Shown piece after piece: positions 1 to 13,321 of a stretch of 64,000 nucleotides of DNA (the first letter of the stretch is position 1; each line of letters opens with the position of its first letter). Location: assembly GCA_905331295.1 (NCBI GenBank), contig CAJNYD010000014.1, positions 62,001-126,000 of the forward strand, in the 5' to 3' direction. The stretch comes from Rotaria socialis (taxonomy: Eukaryota). Under the pieces are notes generated by a model that did no database searches, had not been told where the DNA came from, and saw only the letters and a list, made by a program, of their open reading frames with translations. A program made the position numbers and the translations under genes.

Positions 1-3000
1 TTATCGTTAAAACACGAAACTGTTCTACAGAGCTACTGATGAATATTATAAGCGCGACATATATTGCATGTCGAAGAAACTAGATCTTGTAATCAAACAA
101 GAGTCAGATCATTTCTGTTGTGAAATTATGACAACTAGATTTATGACTTGTGTCACATTCAACTTTGTCTTTCTACTATACAAATGTTGTTATTAGCTGG
201 TTACTTTGTTGAACAAAAACAAAAACCAATAAAAACTCCACATACATATGCATACATAAATCGTTCTTTATCGTGCAAAATGCGTTTAAAATATAAAAAA
301 GATTATTTAGTTGCACTACACTACTCCAACATGCACAGCACACAATTATCTTACTAACCATAGTCCAAATCTGATTCAGCAAAACTGGATGTTCGTTGTG
401 TATAATATTGCTGATGATAATGATCATCAGGTATAGAAAATGTCACAGAACTTTTTCGACGGCGAGGTTCGACAATCATTACGATTTTTCAATTAATATG
501 TAGTTATTTTAATCTGTTTATGAATGAATATGGTCGAAAAAGAAATGGAAGGAGGAAAAAACGAATAGAGACAGTAAATAATAAGATATTTATTCTACCA
601 CTATAATCTTCGTACTTAATAATATATCATCGTTATTGTTTTTGTTTATTTTTCGTTCGGGTCTCTCGACTTTTTCTTATTAATCGATTTAGAGACTTGT
701 ACGTTTGCAATATTCTAATTGTTTTGATATTTTCTATTAAAGAGCGTAGAAACAGGTAACAATATGTAAGAATCGACCATTGCTGAATAGAATGTTCGCC
801 ACTCGATATAGGTTCCGCAAAAAGAAGGCGACGGGTAACTACAACTATGGATAATTACCTCGAAGAAACATGAAGATCTATCGTTCTCCTGTTATTCTGC
901 AGTTTTTTTTCTTTCTTTTTCTTTTCCTCTGTCTCAATTCTCGTTTTTCTTCTCTCTCCTAGCATTTTCTACGTTACATATCCTTTCGGAGAGGAAAAAG
1001 TCTCATGTAAATTGATTAGATGAGATGAATTTCTGAATAACAATGTTACTCTACTGAGTGAATAAAAATAAATTACTGAAAGACATCGGTGTTCGCATCA
1101 TGATAAGGAATTCTAGAAGGAAAAAAACTGCAGCTAAAGTATCGCTTGATTGGCAAGTACCTCTTAACGGAACGATGAAAACAAACAGCTGCGTATTGAA
1201 AATAACTATAGTGATGGCTACCAATTGGCAGAAACTTCAACAGATTGAAGTGTCTTTTATGTAGATCACATCTATTTGTTGACAATCAGATCCAAATTTT
1301 TGTTTTTTTTTATTCTACTGCTAAATAATAGATATTCTCCTTTGTGAGAAATACACAATGAAAGCAATAGAAGAAGTATTTAAGAAAAATAAGAATCGTC
1401 ACAAAAAAATATAGAAAAACTCATGAAAACACTATTACTATTCTGCTCGATTATCATTGTAATCGCAATAAATATCAACAATCCAAATAATATGACTTGA
1501 TGTGACGCTGTGGAGATATCTATTGCTTAACATTATTACTCCGCACGAGGAGAGAAATTCTGTATCCCATCAGTCTTTTGTATGAATGGCCGCTGGCAGA
1601 TCTAATAATATAGATATATGATTTTCTCCTTTGACGCATATTGTATATACGTATATCTATCTATACATGCATCTGTGTAGGGATTCTTATTTACTAATAC
1701 ATGGATTTTTAGAAAATAATTAATCTCGCTAAAATGCTGACTATAATTTTTCGAACTGTCTATGAAATATGTTTTTGAAAACAATTTCAAAAAAGAACAC
1801 AATCTTTTAGTATGCTAATCATTCATGTTAATTATGCAAAGACTTTGTATTTCTATTTAGTCAACTACATTGAGTGGTGCATTGTATGCCTTTTCTTTAT
1901 ACGATTCACTGCTACGACAAATCAATATATTATTTTTATGTTGTTGCTTTTCTATTGATGAATTATTTTGCGAGTACAAGTTTTTTCTTCTTGCTCTTTC
2001 TCTGATTGCTGTATTGTGTTTTCCTTACTGTCTTCTGCAACCATTGATAGGAAACATCTAAATCGGTCCCAATACCCATACGCCTCTACACCACACAACT
2101 TTTCTTTCTTTTCTTCAATCCAAACTTACTTGTTATCTGTTGTTATTGAAGTAGCTCTATAAAAATCGAGCTACGTATCATAAAGAAAAAAGCTTAAAGA
2201 ATCACGCTGTAAGTTTATGACCTATATTCGGCCTTCACTTGATCGTTTGGACAGTAGAAGAAACGAACAATATATACATGCATTCTAATGGTGATAATTC
2301 TTTCTTTTCTTTCTTTTTCTCCTGGTCGTTCGCTAAACACATTCCGCTTTCCCTCATCATGACTCTCATCGAAAGTTAACATTCATCTTTGTATAAAGAA
2401 AGGGTGTGCATCAGCTATTTTCTTTTCTTTTCTTTTTCTTTTATATTTTCATTTTTGATTTTGTTTTTTTCATCGTTTCATCTACATATATTAATGTACA
2501 GTATCAACCAATCAAATACAGCTATTATCTAGTTGAAATATATTTCACATAGATTCAAACACATCCACCCATACACACACACGCACACAGAGCTTAAGAT
2601 AACATTAAAAAGAAGCAAGCAACTCCACAACAAAGATGTACATTTAACTAACCTTTTCAATGTATATCAATTAGAAAATAGTCGGCATAATATAGTTCAT
2701 CATCTAGACTAAAATACGACTGTTTAGTTTAGGTTGTTTGGTTTTATTTTTAATAAGTTTATTTGTAAGAAGAAAAAAAAAGAAAACGCTGAAAAATTCT
2801 TCTCGAATGCCATATACATATACATATATATTTATATCCAGAAAAAGTCGAAATGAAAAAAAAACATCGAAACCAGTAAACATAAAGAAAAAGATAAAAT
2901 ACAAAGAGAATCTTTGAATATGTATTTATGCAAGTATATCATGCTGTATTTTTGTTTTTAATTATAGTCTGAATTAGTTTTGTTACTATTTCAAATTTCT

Positions 3001-3187
3001 TCTTTTCCTATCTGCTCATATAAATCGCACCAAAAAAGAAAGAAGTATATCGATATGAATATCGTCAAATAAACAAAAGAAAAACCAAAAGACACTAATA
3101 CAATAATTTAATAGGATATTCGTTTATTCACAAAAGAAAAAAAGGTAAATTGACCAGCACCAAAGGAAGAAATGAAATTTTTCAATA

Positions 3188-3920
3188 TTAGGAAACATCT
3201 AAAAATAAAAGAAAAATTATATGAATGATTTATTTTTGTTAGTAGTAATGATTATTTACAAGAAAATTGAAGTTCCGAAAATCGTTTTGCTAATTGATCT
3301 TGAGTAAATCGAACAAAACCTTCATATTGCTCTAGAAGAATGAAATTACATGTAATTATTTAACTATAAAAGACTATTTTGTACCATTAAGCTTATTTGA
3401 TAGAATTTGATCGTATTCTTCGCGTATTTGTTCTTCACGCTCTTTTAATAATCGAGCACAAATCATATTGACTTGTTTAATTGTTAAAAGATGTTGACTA
3501 TTTGAGGATGAATGTCCAGGTAAATTATTTAATGATGTTGAATCAGTGGTATGATTATGTTCATCATTGAATAAATCTGATGATGTTGTTGCTTTTAATT
3601 GATGTCGTCGTTGAAGACGGCGCACTTCTTCTTTTATTCGTGTTAATAAAATATCTAATTTAAAAAAACAAATTTATGCATACAATAGAACTTTCTTTTC
3701 TCTACTTACCAGCTGTTATAACTGGTTGAACATCAGGAAATACTGATTGATTTCCGTATGACATTTCTGAATTCGTATCATTTGTTGACGAAACAACGGT
3801 CACTGGAAAACAACGACGTTGACGTTTCGATGATGGTGTCCTTGATTCGTAAGGAGTCGAGTTAGTGTTAGAATCTCGATCATGTTCAAAAGAACGTTTT
3901 AATGCCATGCAGGAAGCCAT
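3188..3920 (-). CDS. akirin: Akirin (4 exons: 3920-3710, 3654-3385, 3331-3260, 3198-3188)
   Basis: Spliced translation MASCMALKR...KRQRRCFP...LTIKQVNMICARLLKEREEQIREEYDQILSNKLNEQYEGFVRFTQDQLAKRF...FSYVS*. It matches akirin family motifs including the C-terminal SYVS. All introns are GT-AG and in phase. Confidence 0.95.
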
Positions 3921-5589
3921 AAGAGACTTTTATTTTAATTACAAACAAAGAATAAATGGAAACTAAGGACAAACACAAAATCTAAAAATTAACATATTTT
4001 TTTATTTATAAATATAGCAAATTATTGCAAGTGGTTACGTTGGTTGTATTACTCTCGAATGAGAGAGAATCAAACGAACTAAACTGAACAAGAAAAAAAA
4101 CATTGTGAAAGATTTTACACTTTATCGATTTACATTTTTTTACCAACGATGAGTAAACAATAATAGATGGCGCTTTCATTCATTAATGAACATATCGGAT
4201 AATATATATGTAGACATAGTTTTGGCAAATATAGGATACTATGAATTCTTGTGAACTATATTTTGTTTTATATTAATCTTTTTATAATAAAAAAAGAAAT
4301 AGTTTTGTAGATATTATTTAATGATAGTCATTGTTGCCAATAAATTGAATAAAATCTATTGTATATACCAAAAGTGATTTTCGTTTAAATAATTGCACAC
4401 GACTCTACTCTTAACAAAACAATCTAGCAGTCTTCTTGCATAGGATCGATAATGCCAGTATGATATCACTAATATACTTATACAGGAAGCATCATGCACT
4501 TTGTTAGACTTGTAGGCATCTAAATGAGTTGATCTAGATAAAATTTTTAGAGTAAGCACCGATTATTTTGTAGAATTTTCCGGCCAGCTTTCGACATACA
4601 ACACAGAACAACAGAAATATACGGAGAAGTTATTCTTTAGATATTGATTGATTTCACAATCAAACAAAAATATAAAATACTTTTACTCTCTGTTAGAAAG
4701 CTATTTTTATTACTACATGACATGAAATAAATATCTAGATAACAGATTACAAAAATTTTGTTTTCATTCTTTTAGTTCGATTTTCTCTTTCCATATGGCA
4801 CTTGGATAGGAACTGATGTCATATTGCAGTGCACGATTCGCTCAAGAATGGAGTGAGAAAACATAAAAGACATGACTCTTTGTGTAATCTGGAAGTTTCT
4901 TTCATATCATTTGGTTTTGAAAAATGTCCTTTTAGAAATGCTAGACAGTTTTATATGATTTTTTCCACGAAATACAAATTATTCTTGACTCAATTTAGTT
5001 GGTATTTTAATTTAAAATTGAGCGCATCGATAAGAAAAGTAATCTTTCGTTTCAGCTGCAACTAACCGAGTATTTAATGAATCATATGCAAATGAATTCT
5101 TTTACTCTTCTGGTTGACTTACGAAATTATTATTCCAGGCCCAATATGAATTCGAAAGGCGAATTTCAGCTCGGCTGAATTTTTCTCATTAGTAAGAACT
5201 TATAATATATCTTTGTATTGAATGAAATTCCTATTATTTAAATATTTTTAACGATCTAAGCGTTAGTTTTATTTATTCGCGTTCAGCTAATCAAAAAAGA
5301 AAACAACCAAGATAATGCTAACAGAAGACAAAAAACCAGTAATGAAATAAAAGTTTCTAACAGTTTAAGTCGCTGAAGAAAAAGACAAATAAACAGAGAA
5401 AAAGAAACAATGACAAGTAAACGATGATGAGAGACATGATGTAATCAACAATAACGAAATGCGTATGCATACAAATAGAAACTAGGACTTTCCGTTGACA
5501 TATGACATATGTAAATAATTTATAGGGAAGGAATGTTTATCAAGGATATTTGACGATCTATTCAAAGTTTTGACTCTTGTAAAAATCGT

Positions 5590-8500
5590 TTACAAATCAT
5601 CATGTTGATTGTTCGAATTCTAAATAAAGAAAAATATTTAATTTAAAAAAACAATTCGGCAGTTGATCATAAACATACTGTTGATTGTTTATCGTCGTCT
5701 GATTTTGTATCATCGTCAATAACATTGTCATCTTCATTTGTATCAAATTTAGCATCATGTTCTTCGTCAACGGGTTCGTCTTCAACTTTTTCGTCTAATG
5801 AAACACCCATAGCACGTCGTAACATTGATTCAATACGATCAGCAAAACCAGTTGAATCTTTAAGATCGTAACCTGATCGAATTGTTGCAGCTTCAACCAT
5901 AACGTTAGCTAAATCGAAAGCTGTCTTGTCGTCTTTTGAATCTTCAACACGACGAAGTAAATCTTTGATAAGTGGATGACGTGGATTAATTTCTAATGTT
6001 TTCTTTTGATTTAAATAGTAGTTCATTGTTGAATCTCCACCACTCTTTTGATAAGCTTGAGCACGTGCTATACGTTCCATATTTCCATCATAGCCCCATT
6101 GTGATGCAACAAGAGCCATGGGCGTTTGAACAAGACGATCTGAGATTTTAGCATCACTAATTTTTTCGCCGAGTTTTTCTTTTAACCATGTTAATAATGG
6201 TTCATAAACTTTTTCTAATTGTTTCTTTTCTTCTTCTTTCTTTGTATTTGATTTGTCTAATTCTAAACCATCTTTAGCAACATTTTGAAATTTCTTTCCT
6301 TCATATTCAGGTAAAGATTGCATACAATATTGATCGACAGGGTCAATTAAATAGAGAATTTCATAACCTTTTTTCAAAATACGCTCAACAAATGGTGATT
6401 TTTGTGCTTCGTCAACGGACATGGCAGCAATAAAATAGATATGTTCTTGTTTTGGTTTCATACGTTCAACATATTCTGTTAAACTAGTTAATTTATCTTT
6501 TGATTGGGATGTTGAATAGCGAAGTAATTTAGCTAAACGTGTTCGATTAGCTGAATCTTCAATAACACCTAATTTGATATTGGTACCATATTCTTTCCAG
6601 AATGCATCATAATCTTCTGCAGAAATTTTCTTTAACATATCCAATGCTTTTCGTACGAGTTTCTTCTTGATAACCTTAAGTAATTTAGATTGTTGTAAAG
6701 TTTCACGTGAAACATTCAATGGTAAATCATCACTATCAACAACTCCACGAATGAATGATAAATATTTTGGCATCATTTCTTCGAAATTGTCAGTAATAAA
6801 TACACGACGAACATAAAGTTTAATGGCATCAGTTTTCTTGTTATAATTTGAAAACAAATCAAATGGAGCTGCCTTTGGAACATAGAGAATTGATTTGAAT
6901 GTTACTTCACCTTCGGCAGTAAAATGACTATGAATCATTGGTGGTTCAGTATCTTTGGCAAATGATTTATAAAATGCACTGTATTCATCGTCTGTAACTT
7001 CAGTTGGTCTAAAACAGAATTTTGACGTAGAGACAATCTAGTGATTTTATTTTGTGGGTGGATTACATGAGATGTTGTCCTTCAATTGAACAAACGAATT
7101 CTACATTATTTTATCGAAATTTGATCTGACAATAGATTCATTCAACTATATTTAGAAGATGCACTTTTAAAAAGTGACTACATAGTGAAAACTTATTGTA
7201 TGTCAAACTCTAAGTTACACAATTCTACTGCTCAACTGTTTGGTTTTTTTTATATGGATCATTCTCAACTTTTTACTCCATTCTAATTTCACTTACTTGC
7301 GTTGCCAGATTGGTTTACTTTCATTCATTAATTCCCAATCCCAAACAGTTTTATCGACTGTTTTGGTTTTGGCTTTCTTTTCTTCTTCTTTATCATCTTC
7401 AACAGCCGCATCATCATCTGTTTTCGTTTCAGCTTTCTTGCCATCAGCAGAAGCTAAATATGAAAATATCTATACACACATGTCTCTACTTCATTCAATT
7501 CACTTACCATCATCATCTGGTACTTCTTCTTTCACAACTTTTGATTTCCATAAATAAATATTGAAGTTAATAAATTGAGAATATTTGCGAATAATCTCTT
7601 CGAGTGTTGATCCTTCTAAATATTCACCAGCTTCCTCTTTCAAATGAAGACTAAAAAATGTAAAACAATAATACAGATGTCTAAGACAAATACATTGAAA
7701 TAGGATTTTAGTTATTACCTGACTGTTGTTCCTCGGCCAAGTGTATTTCCACGTGGATCTTTGAAAACATTAAAAGATGATGAATCTGATTCCCAAATAT
7801 ATTGATCATCAGCATTATTCTTTGATGTAACAACAACCTTGTCGGCAACAAGAAAACTTGAATAAAAACCAACACCGAATTGCCCGATAAGATCACTCAT
7901 TGTTGCACCTTCTTTACTATCCTTTTGTGTTTCTTGCATTCTATTCAAGAATTCTGATGTATCTGATTTAGCAATTGTACCAAGAAATTGAACGAGATCA
8001 GCTTTCGTCATACCAATACCCGTATCGGTTATATGTAACATGCGATTATCTTTATCAATCTTAATACGGATTGTTAAGTCTTCTTTATCACCAAGTACAC
8101 TTTTGTCGGTAAGAGACAGAAAACGTATTTTATCGAGTGCATCCGATGCATTGGATATAAGTTCACGTAAGAAGATTTCTTTGTTTTTGTACAATGAATT
8201 GATAATCAATTTCATCATACGATTAACTTCCGTTTGAAATTGATGTTTTTCCGATGAATCAACTAGTGTACGAAATTCTTTTGCACTTAAACCATCTAAC
8301 TTAATAGCTTCTTCTTCTCTAAATAGAGATTAATATTTCATAGAACGATGTGCATTGCACTCAAAAACAAAATCAACTTACTTTTGTACAACTTCATCAT
8401 CGGTCTTTGATCCATCAGCATGCTTTCCTATATCATTATCCACTTTTGGTGGAATCGCAGAATCATTTTCTTCTTCAGCTTTACAAATACCTACACAGAA

Positions 8501-8598
8501 TTATATACAATAAAATGATGTTCAAAGATTAATGGGATTATGTTACTTGAGAATAGAAATAGACTCAGCAGAGCCGAAAGTAAAAGCCACTTGAACAT
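5590..8598 (-). CDS. HSP90B1: Endoplasmin / GRP94 (ER HSP90), multi-exon
   Basis: Signal peptide [17 protein letters not shown], then [47 protein letters not shown] and [15 protein letters not shown]. The last exon (5619-5590) encodes NSNNQHDDL*, a KDEL-type ER retention signal. Confidence 0.97.
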
Positions 8599-8716
8599 AT
8601 TTCTCGGAGTGACACTTAACGGTTAGTATCGTAAAGAAATGATTTTTGTTAAGCTTTTGGTTTTTAATATGGTCGTCTTGATGTTCTGTTCGTTTCTGAA
8701 TGATTGATTTCGAAAA

Positions 8717-8735
8717 CCAATCAGATATCGCCGTG
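8717..8735 (+). promoter_or_regulatory. ERSE-like ER stress element upstream of GRP94
   Basis: CCAAT-CAGATATCG-CCGTG about 120 bp upstream of the GRP94 ATG. The vertebrate ERSE is CCAAT-N9-CCACG, so the spacing is exact with 2 mismatches in the second half-site. Confidence 0.45.
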
Positions 8736-9061
8736 TATTGCTTTGTTCGCGTCAGTCTATTCGAGAAGATGTCGTTAATAATAAATGAAACTTATTAAAA
8801 ATTTTATTATTGTTTTTTCAATCATAAAATTTTTCTTTTTACTTGACTTTATTAATATATAAAAATCTAAGTGAACATAGTGGAATTATATACATTACAA
8901 TGGGCAACAATTCTCAATGGTCGATTTAGTAGCGTAACCAGGGGAACGCTATTGTACGGCATTGAGAGTAGTTAACGAAACACGAAGTATATTCGCAATA
9001 TCAATAATGCGTTTATTAATTATCACGTTCTAGTTATCTTTCTTTTGATAGCAGTGGCGTA

Positions 9062-10259
9062 TCACTGATTTGATTTTTTAATTGCAATACGAATACAAAA
9101 AATAGTAAATGCAATACATAACGTAATAATTGATACAAGAGCAACAGAAAAATTAATTATTATTGATGCAGTCCATTTTAGCGTCGTAGTTGTCAATTGA
9201 GTAGATGTTCTATGAGTTGAAAAAATAACTTTTATATTTTGAATTGTTGTTGGATTGATATTAAAATGAAGTTCAATAAGACGATCTTCACATATCAATG
9301 TTCGTAATGAATATAGAGATGTATGATTACGTTTCAAACTTAGCCAATTATATTTATGATTCAATGGACAAGAACTTGATTGTGTATTAATAATTATGGT
9401 TGGTGTAAGAAAAATTGCAGTACTTGTTTTCGTATGAGATGGTTCATCGATTTGAAAATGTTCACATGTTATATCAAGAGAAATTAATTGTGTATCAAGT
9501 GGAATGAAATCATTAAAGAAATATATTGGTTTAAAACAATTAGATAATTTTAAATCAAATTTCAGAGGACCTTTTTATGGAAAAAGAAACTTTTGTTGAC
9601 TTTTTTGCTGTTGAATTCAAATTCTTTACCTAGTTGATTAATCATCGTAATGAATTGATTGAATGAATCTGTTTGGCCGTTATTAAATGACCATCGTGAT
9701 AAATTCTTTGGATACAAATCATAATCTTCTCGTTGCTGACTAATCATAAAATGAATAGTACAATTTTGAAAAAATATACGACGAAGACTTTTAAGTTTTC
9801 GTAGACTTTTTATATCAACGTATATACACAAATTAATTAATTTTAATGACGTTATTCTTTCTTGTAAGATTGTTATGTTTTCTATTCTTGACGAGTTCAA
9901 TGAAAATAGATCTACTATTGTTCGAAAAAATTCAGTACAATTTTCTAATGGCGAATGACGAAACATTGTTAAATCGAAACCTTCTTTTGTTATATTGACA
10001 TAATGATCTGACAGAGAAAAAAAATGTAATCGAAATAAATTATCCTATTAGCTAATTTAAAATGCTGAAAATTCGCAAAAGTCTCTTTTTTCATCATTGA
10101 GTAGAATGCATTGATTTACAACAAGAATGCTACTAGAATATGTTAAATTAACAACATCTTACCAATTGTTTTGTTGAATTGTATACGAGTAGAATTCGTA
10201 CTAGAGTATACAGAAAGTCCGATGAAGAGAATGACTGAATTGATACACGCAAATAACAT
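9062..10259 (-). CDS. Uncharacterised type I membrane protein (3 exons), possible degenerate LRR ectodomain
   Basis: Exon 1 MLFACINSVILFIGLSVYSS (signal-peptide-like) splices at phase 1 into ORF 9562-9966, then through a ~60-nt intron into ORF 9062-9364. It ends in a Thr-rich stalk, a hydrophobic TM segment (IIINFSVALVSIITLCIAFTIFCI) and a short basic tail. Confidence 0.7.
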
Positions 10260-10414
10260 ACGGATTAATAGTTGTGCATAGCAACTAGATAAGCTATGGT
10301 AAGTGCTAATTAAAATTGTTCACAAATCATAGCGCTGATAGAAGATCTCTTGTACAAATATATGAGTATCTTTGGCCTATAATGTTTAAAGCTTTATTGG
10401 ACAGTACAAACTTA

Positions 10415-10732
10415 CCCAGGTCGTGGACGTACGGCGGGAAACGGCCGGAAAGCACAGGAAAGCGCTGGAAAGTGGAAGCAGTATTCCAGTTGGAAGTTAC
10501 CGGATTTTCTTCCTTTAGATTCCGATCAACTTCGAGATGTAAAACACAGAAAACTGACCGGAAAACACAGGAAACTGACCGGAATCCACAGGAAAAAATC
10601 CGGTAACTTCCAACTGGAATACTGCTTCCAGTTTCCAGCGCTTTCCCGTGCTTTCCGGCCAGATACGGTGATTTTTCCGCATCTTTCCGGCCGGTTCCTA
10701 CAGTATCCGTCCTCCGGTATCATTGACCTGGG
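10415..10732. mobile_element. Non-autonomous DNA transposon (MITE), CMC/EnSpm-like, copy 1
   Basis: Termini CCCAGGTC...GACCTGGG flanked by TA/TA. Internal ~70-bp inverted repeat (about 10444-10513 vs 10590-10660). GC-rich relative to its flanks. Confidence 0.85.
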
Positions 10733-13321
10733 TAGTACTAGATTTGTGAAGATTCTAATCCTTTAAAAGTTCTTTCTATTTTGTGTTTATTTCATAAATT
10801 TAAGATTGTGAAAAAGCATCACAAGAAACATGATGAAGGAAAAAATATAGCCATGTCAAGTTTATTAGTCAATTACGAAAGTGATGATAAGTGGGTGGTG
10901 ATTTACACAGAAAAACATAATCACGGCATTGGTCGCATTTTGCACAAGGAATGCTAGAAGATGGACTGGAAGAATGACGTAGTTAGTTGCTTTTTTTCCT
11001 CTAAATAAAAAATTGAAATCATATGAACTTTTTAACTATTTAATTAAAATAAAAGCTTACAGAAAATTTTATGTTTTCGCTGGAAATACGTATAGAAAAT
11101 CAAACATTCTTTCACACGTATCAAATACAGCCCAACGGCAGATATTTTATCATAGTTGATTGAGCTAATTTTTTTGCTATATTTATGGTTTGGATCGATT
11201 TTTCGTTCAAACCATATCTGGATACATTCAAAAAAGTGTCTTCTTTCCATTAAATAGATCAATGCCAATAAAATTGTTTGAAACACTGAAATAATTTTCA
11301 TCTGTTTGGGATAAAACAACGTAGTATTTTTTCGGTGAAGCTGTTCACCTAATGATTTTGTGTCGATCACGACGAATCTTTGCTATTCATTAATTTTTGA
11401 CAAGAGACGGCTGCTAAAATCATTTGATTTTGTAGTCATACTGATTTTATATTGACTACCCTGTTGATTGTCGACGAAAATATCTACGTCGTTGAATAAC
11501 TTTTCACGATGAATTCTACACCTTAGAAGTTGTTACACACAGTGGTTGTATAACTGATGTTAATATCTGAAAAGTTAATGGCTGACAAAGACTTGAATAA
11601 AATAATTCGAATATTTGTTTGTTTCAAACTATATCAGTTTACAACAAGACAGAAAAAAGTTTGTTTTGTTTTAATGTTTCAAAGACATGCCGGTGACCCT
11701 TGTCAACTTTATCGTCTTAGTTTACAGGCAACAAAGCAAACGAATGATGAATTTGCATCTACACGTTTCTTTTTGCTCTCGAAAATGTAAGAGGAAAAAA
11801 GAATTGTTTCGATTCTCTCTTGCGATTCGTACACTGGAGATCATTTTTCTGTGCGTTTTATACTCGACAGATGGCTCACATTGTAGAAGTATATAAATAC
11901 TCAAAATTGAATTATAACTTATACAAAAGTATTTGGTAACCTTGAATAGCACTCTAGATTTCAACGTCGACTGTTTAGGACAAATATATATGTTAAATTT
12001 ACTACTAAGATTAAAACAAGTGATTAGACTTATTCATTTGAAATGAGTGTCATAGAGCGATATGTACTAAATGTTGAAACATATAACTAATAATTATCTT
12101 CGTTTATGTCAAGTGCAACAAAAATATGGCAGGCGTAAGACGCTGTATATAATCCAAAGGCATCACAAGATTTAAAGAAATAATATATTGACGAACAGAA
12201 GTTTACGTCGGATGAAAATTACATAATTAAAATAGTCAGCAATTCGTCAACTTTTAAGGGAAAATTAGCAACAGAGTCAATATAAATGATTGCATAAAAC
12301 TGAATTTTTATTCTAAATTGGGAGAAATTGAACTGTATCGAATTTATAAACATAATCCCACATTTGATTGATAATTCTACAATAGAATACTTTTGTTCCG
12401 TTGAATATTTGGTGATCATTTTCAAACATCATTCGAATACATATGTCAAGTTTGCAAAGATGGATCGATCTTTTCTTTTTATCTATTGTTCTGATTTTGA
12501 ATGTTAGTAATAATTGTATTGCTTTACCAATTTATTACCACAATATTTTTCATTTTCTGCATACACATGCATTCGTTTGATTTTAATAACATATTAAAAA
12601 GCAAAAGTAATCTCTAATTGAGTCTTTTAGTTTAACTACTTTTGCAGCAAACTCACCAAACTATCAATACGATAACAGCACTTTTTACGTTAGAATTCAT
12701 TAGTGGGAAAATGCTTATTCGCATTATTTACTGATACACAACTAAACTCTAACATGACAACTTTCCAATTCGATGAACAAGTATTACAAGAAATGATGTT
12801 TGATTAAGGAGCAATCATAGTTAAACTGTTACGTGTATGTGAAATGAATCGGTGAACGACTTATTTAGAGATTCTTCAACGAGTAGGAAAAGACATTTTT
12901 TTGTCAAATATTTGTAAAAATCTGGTTTATGACTATACTAACACCAGTAATAGTTGTTTCACGCGTGCATCGATTGAATAAAGATCATTACTTTTCAACA
13001 TGACTGTTGAAATTGAGATAATCGTCAAACTAAAAAGCATAGCTATATGATATCAAGAATTCAATTTATCTAGTCTACTTAGAAAAACATTTTTTTCTCA
13101 AGCCAATTTTTTTCAATTGAATGTACATTTCAAATCGTGTTATATGTACACGGATGAAAAATTTCGACTTCTTTTCAATTAGTTCAGAAGGAAGGAATTA
13201 TGCCCTCTTCATTGTATCATTCAATCGATTGGGTCATTTCAAACAATGATGAATCATATTCTCCATATACAAAGAATATTCATTCATACAGAAATTCTTA
13301 CATCAAAGAGAACACAAAATC

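Noticed and set aside
1..3180. Numerous 60-85 aa ORFs
   Set aside because: Low-complexity F/K/I-rich translations with no motifs. Consistent with intergenic DNA and the akirin 3' UTR.
7160..7181. TGCACTTTTAA and AAGTGACTAC shared with 45452-45494
   Set aside because: The matches are too short in AT-rich DNA to define a repeat family, though they may be an old element remnant.
10430..10680. Repeated GGAA/CCGG motifs as a possible CRISPR-like array
   Set aside because: The repeats are inverted and subterminal with no regular unique spacers, the context is eukaryotic, and there are no cas genes.
10316..10723. ORFs 10316-10606 and 10526-10723 (likewise 44267-44527)
   Set aside because: They are by-products of the GC-rich MITE sequence, not genes.
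11044..13190. Coding-like fragments (for example ORF 11044-11370) as a possible pseudogene
   Set aside because: No recognisable motif or consistent exon chain. A translated homology search would be needed.
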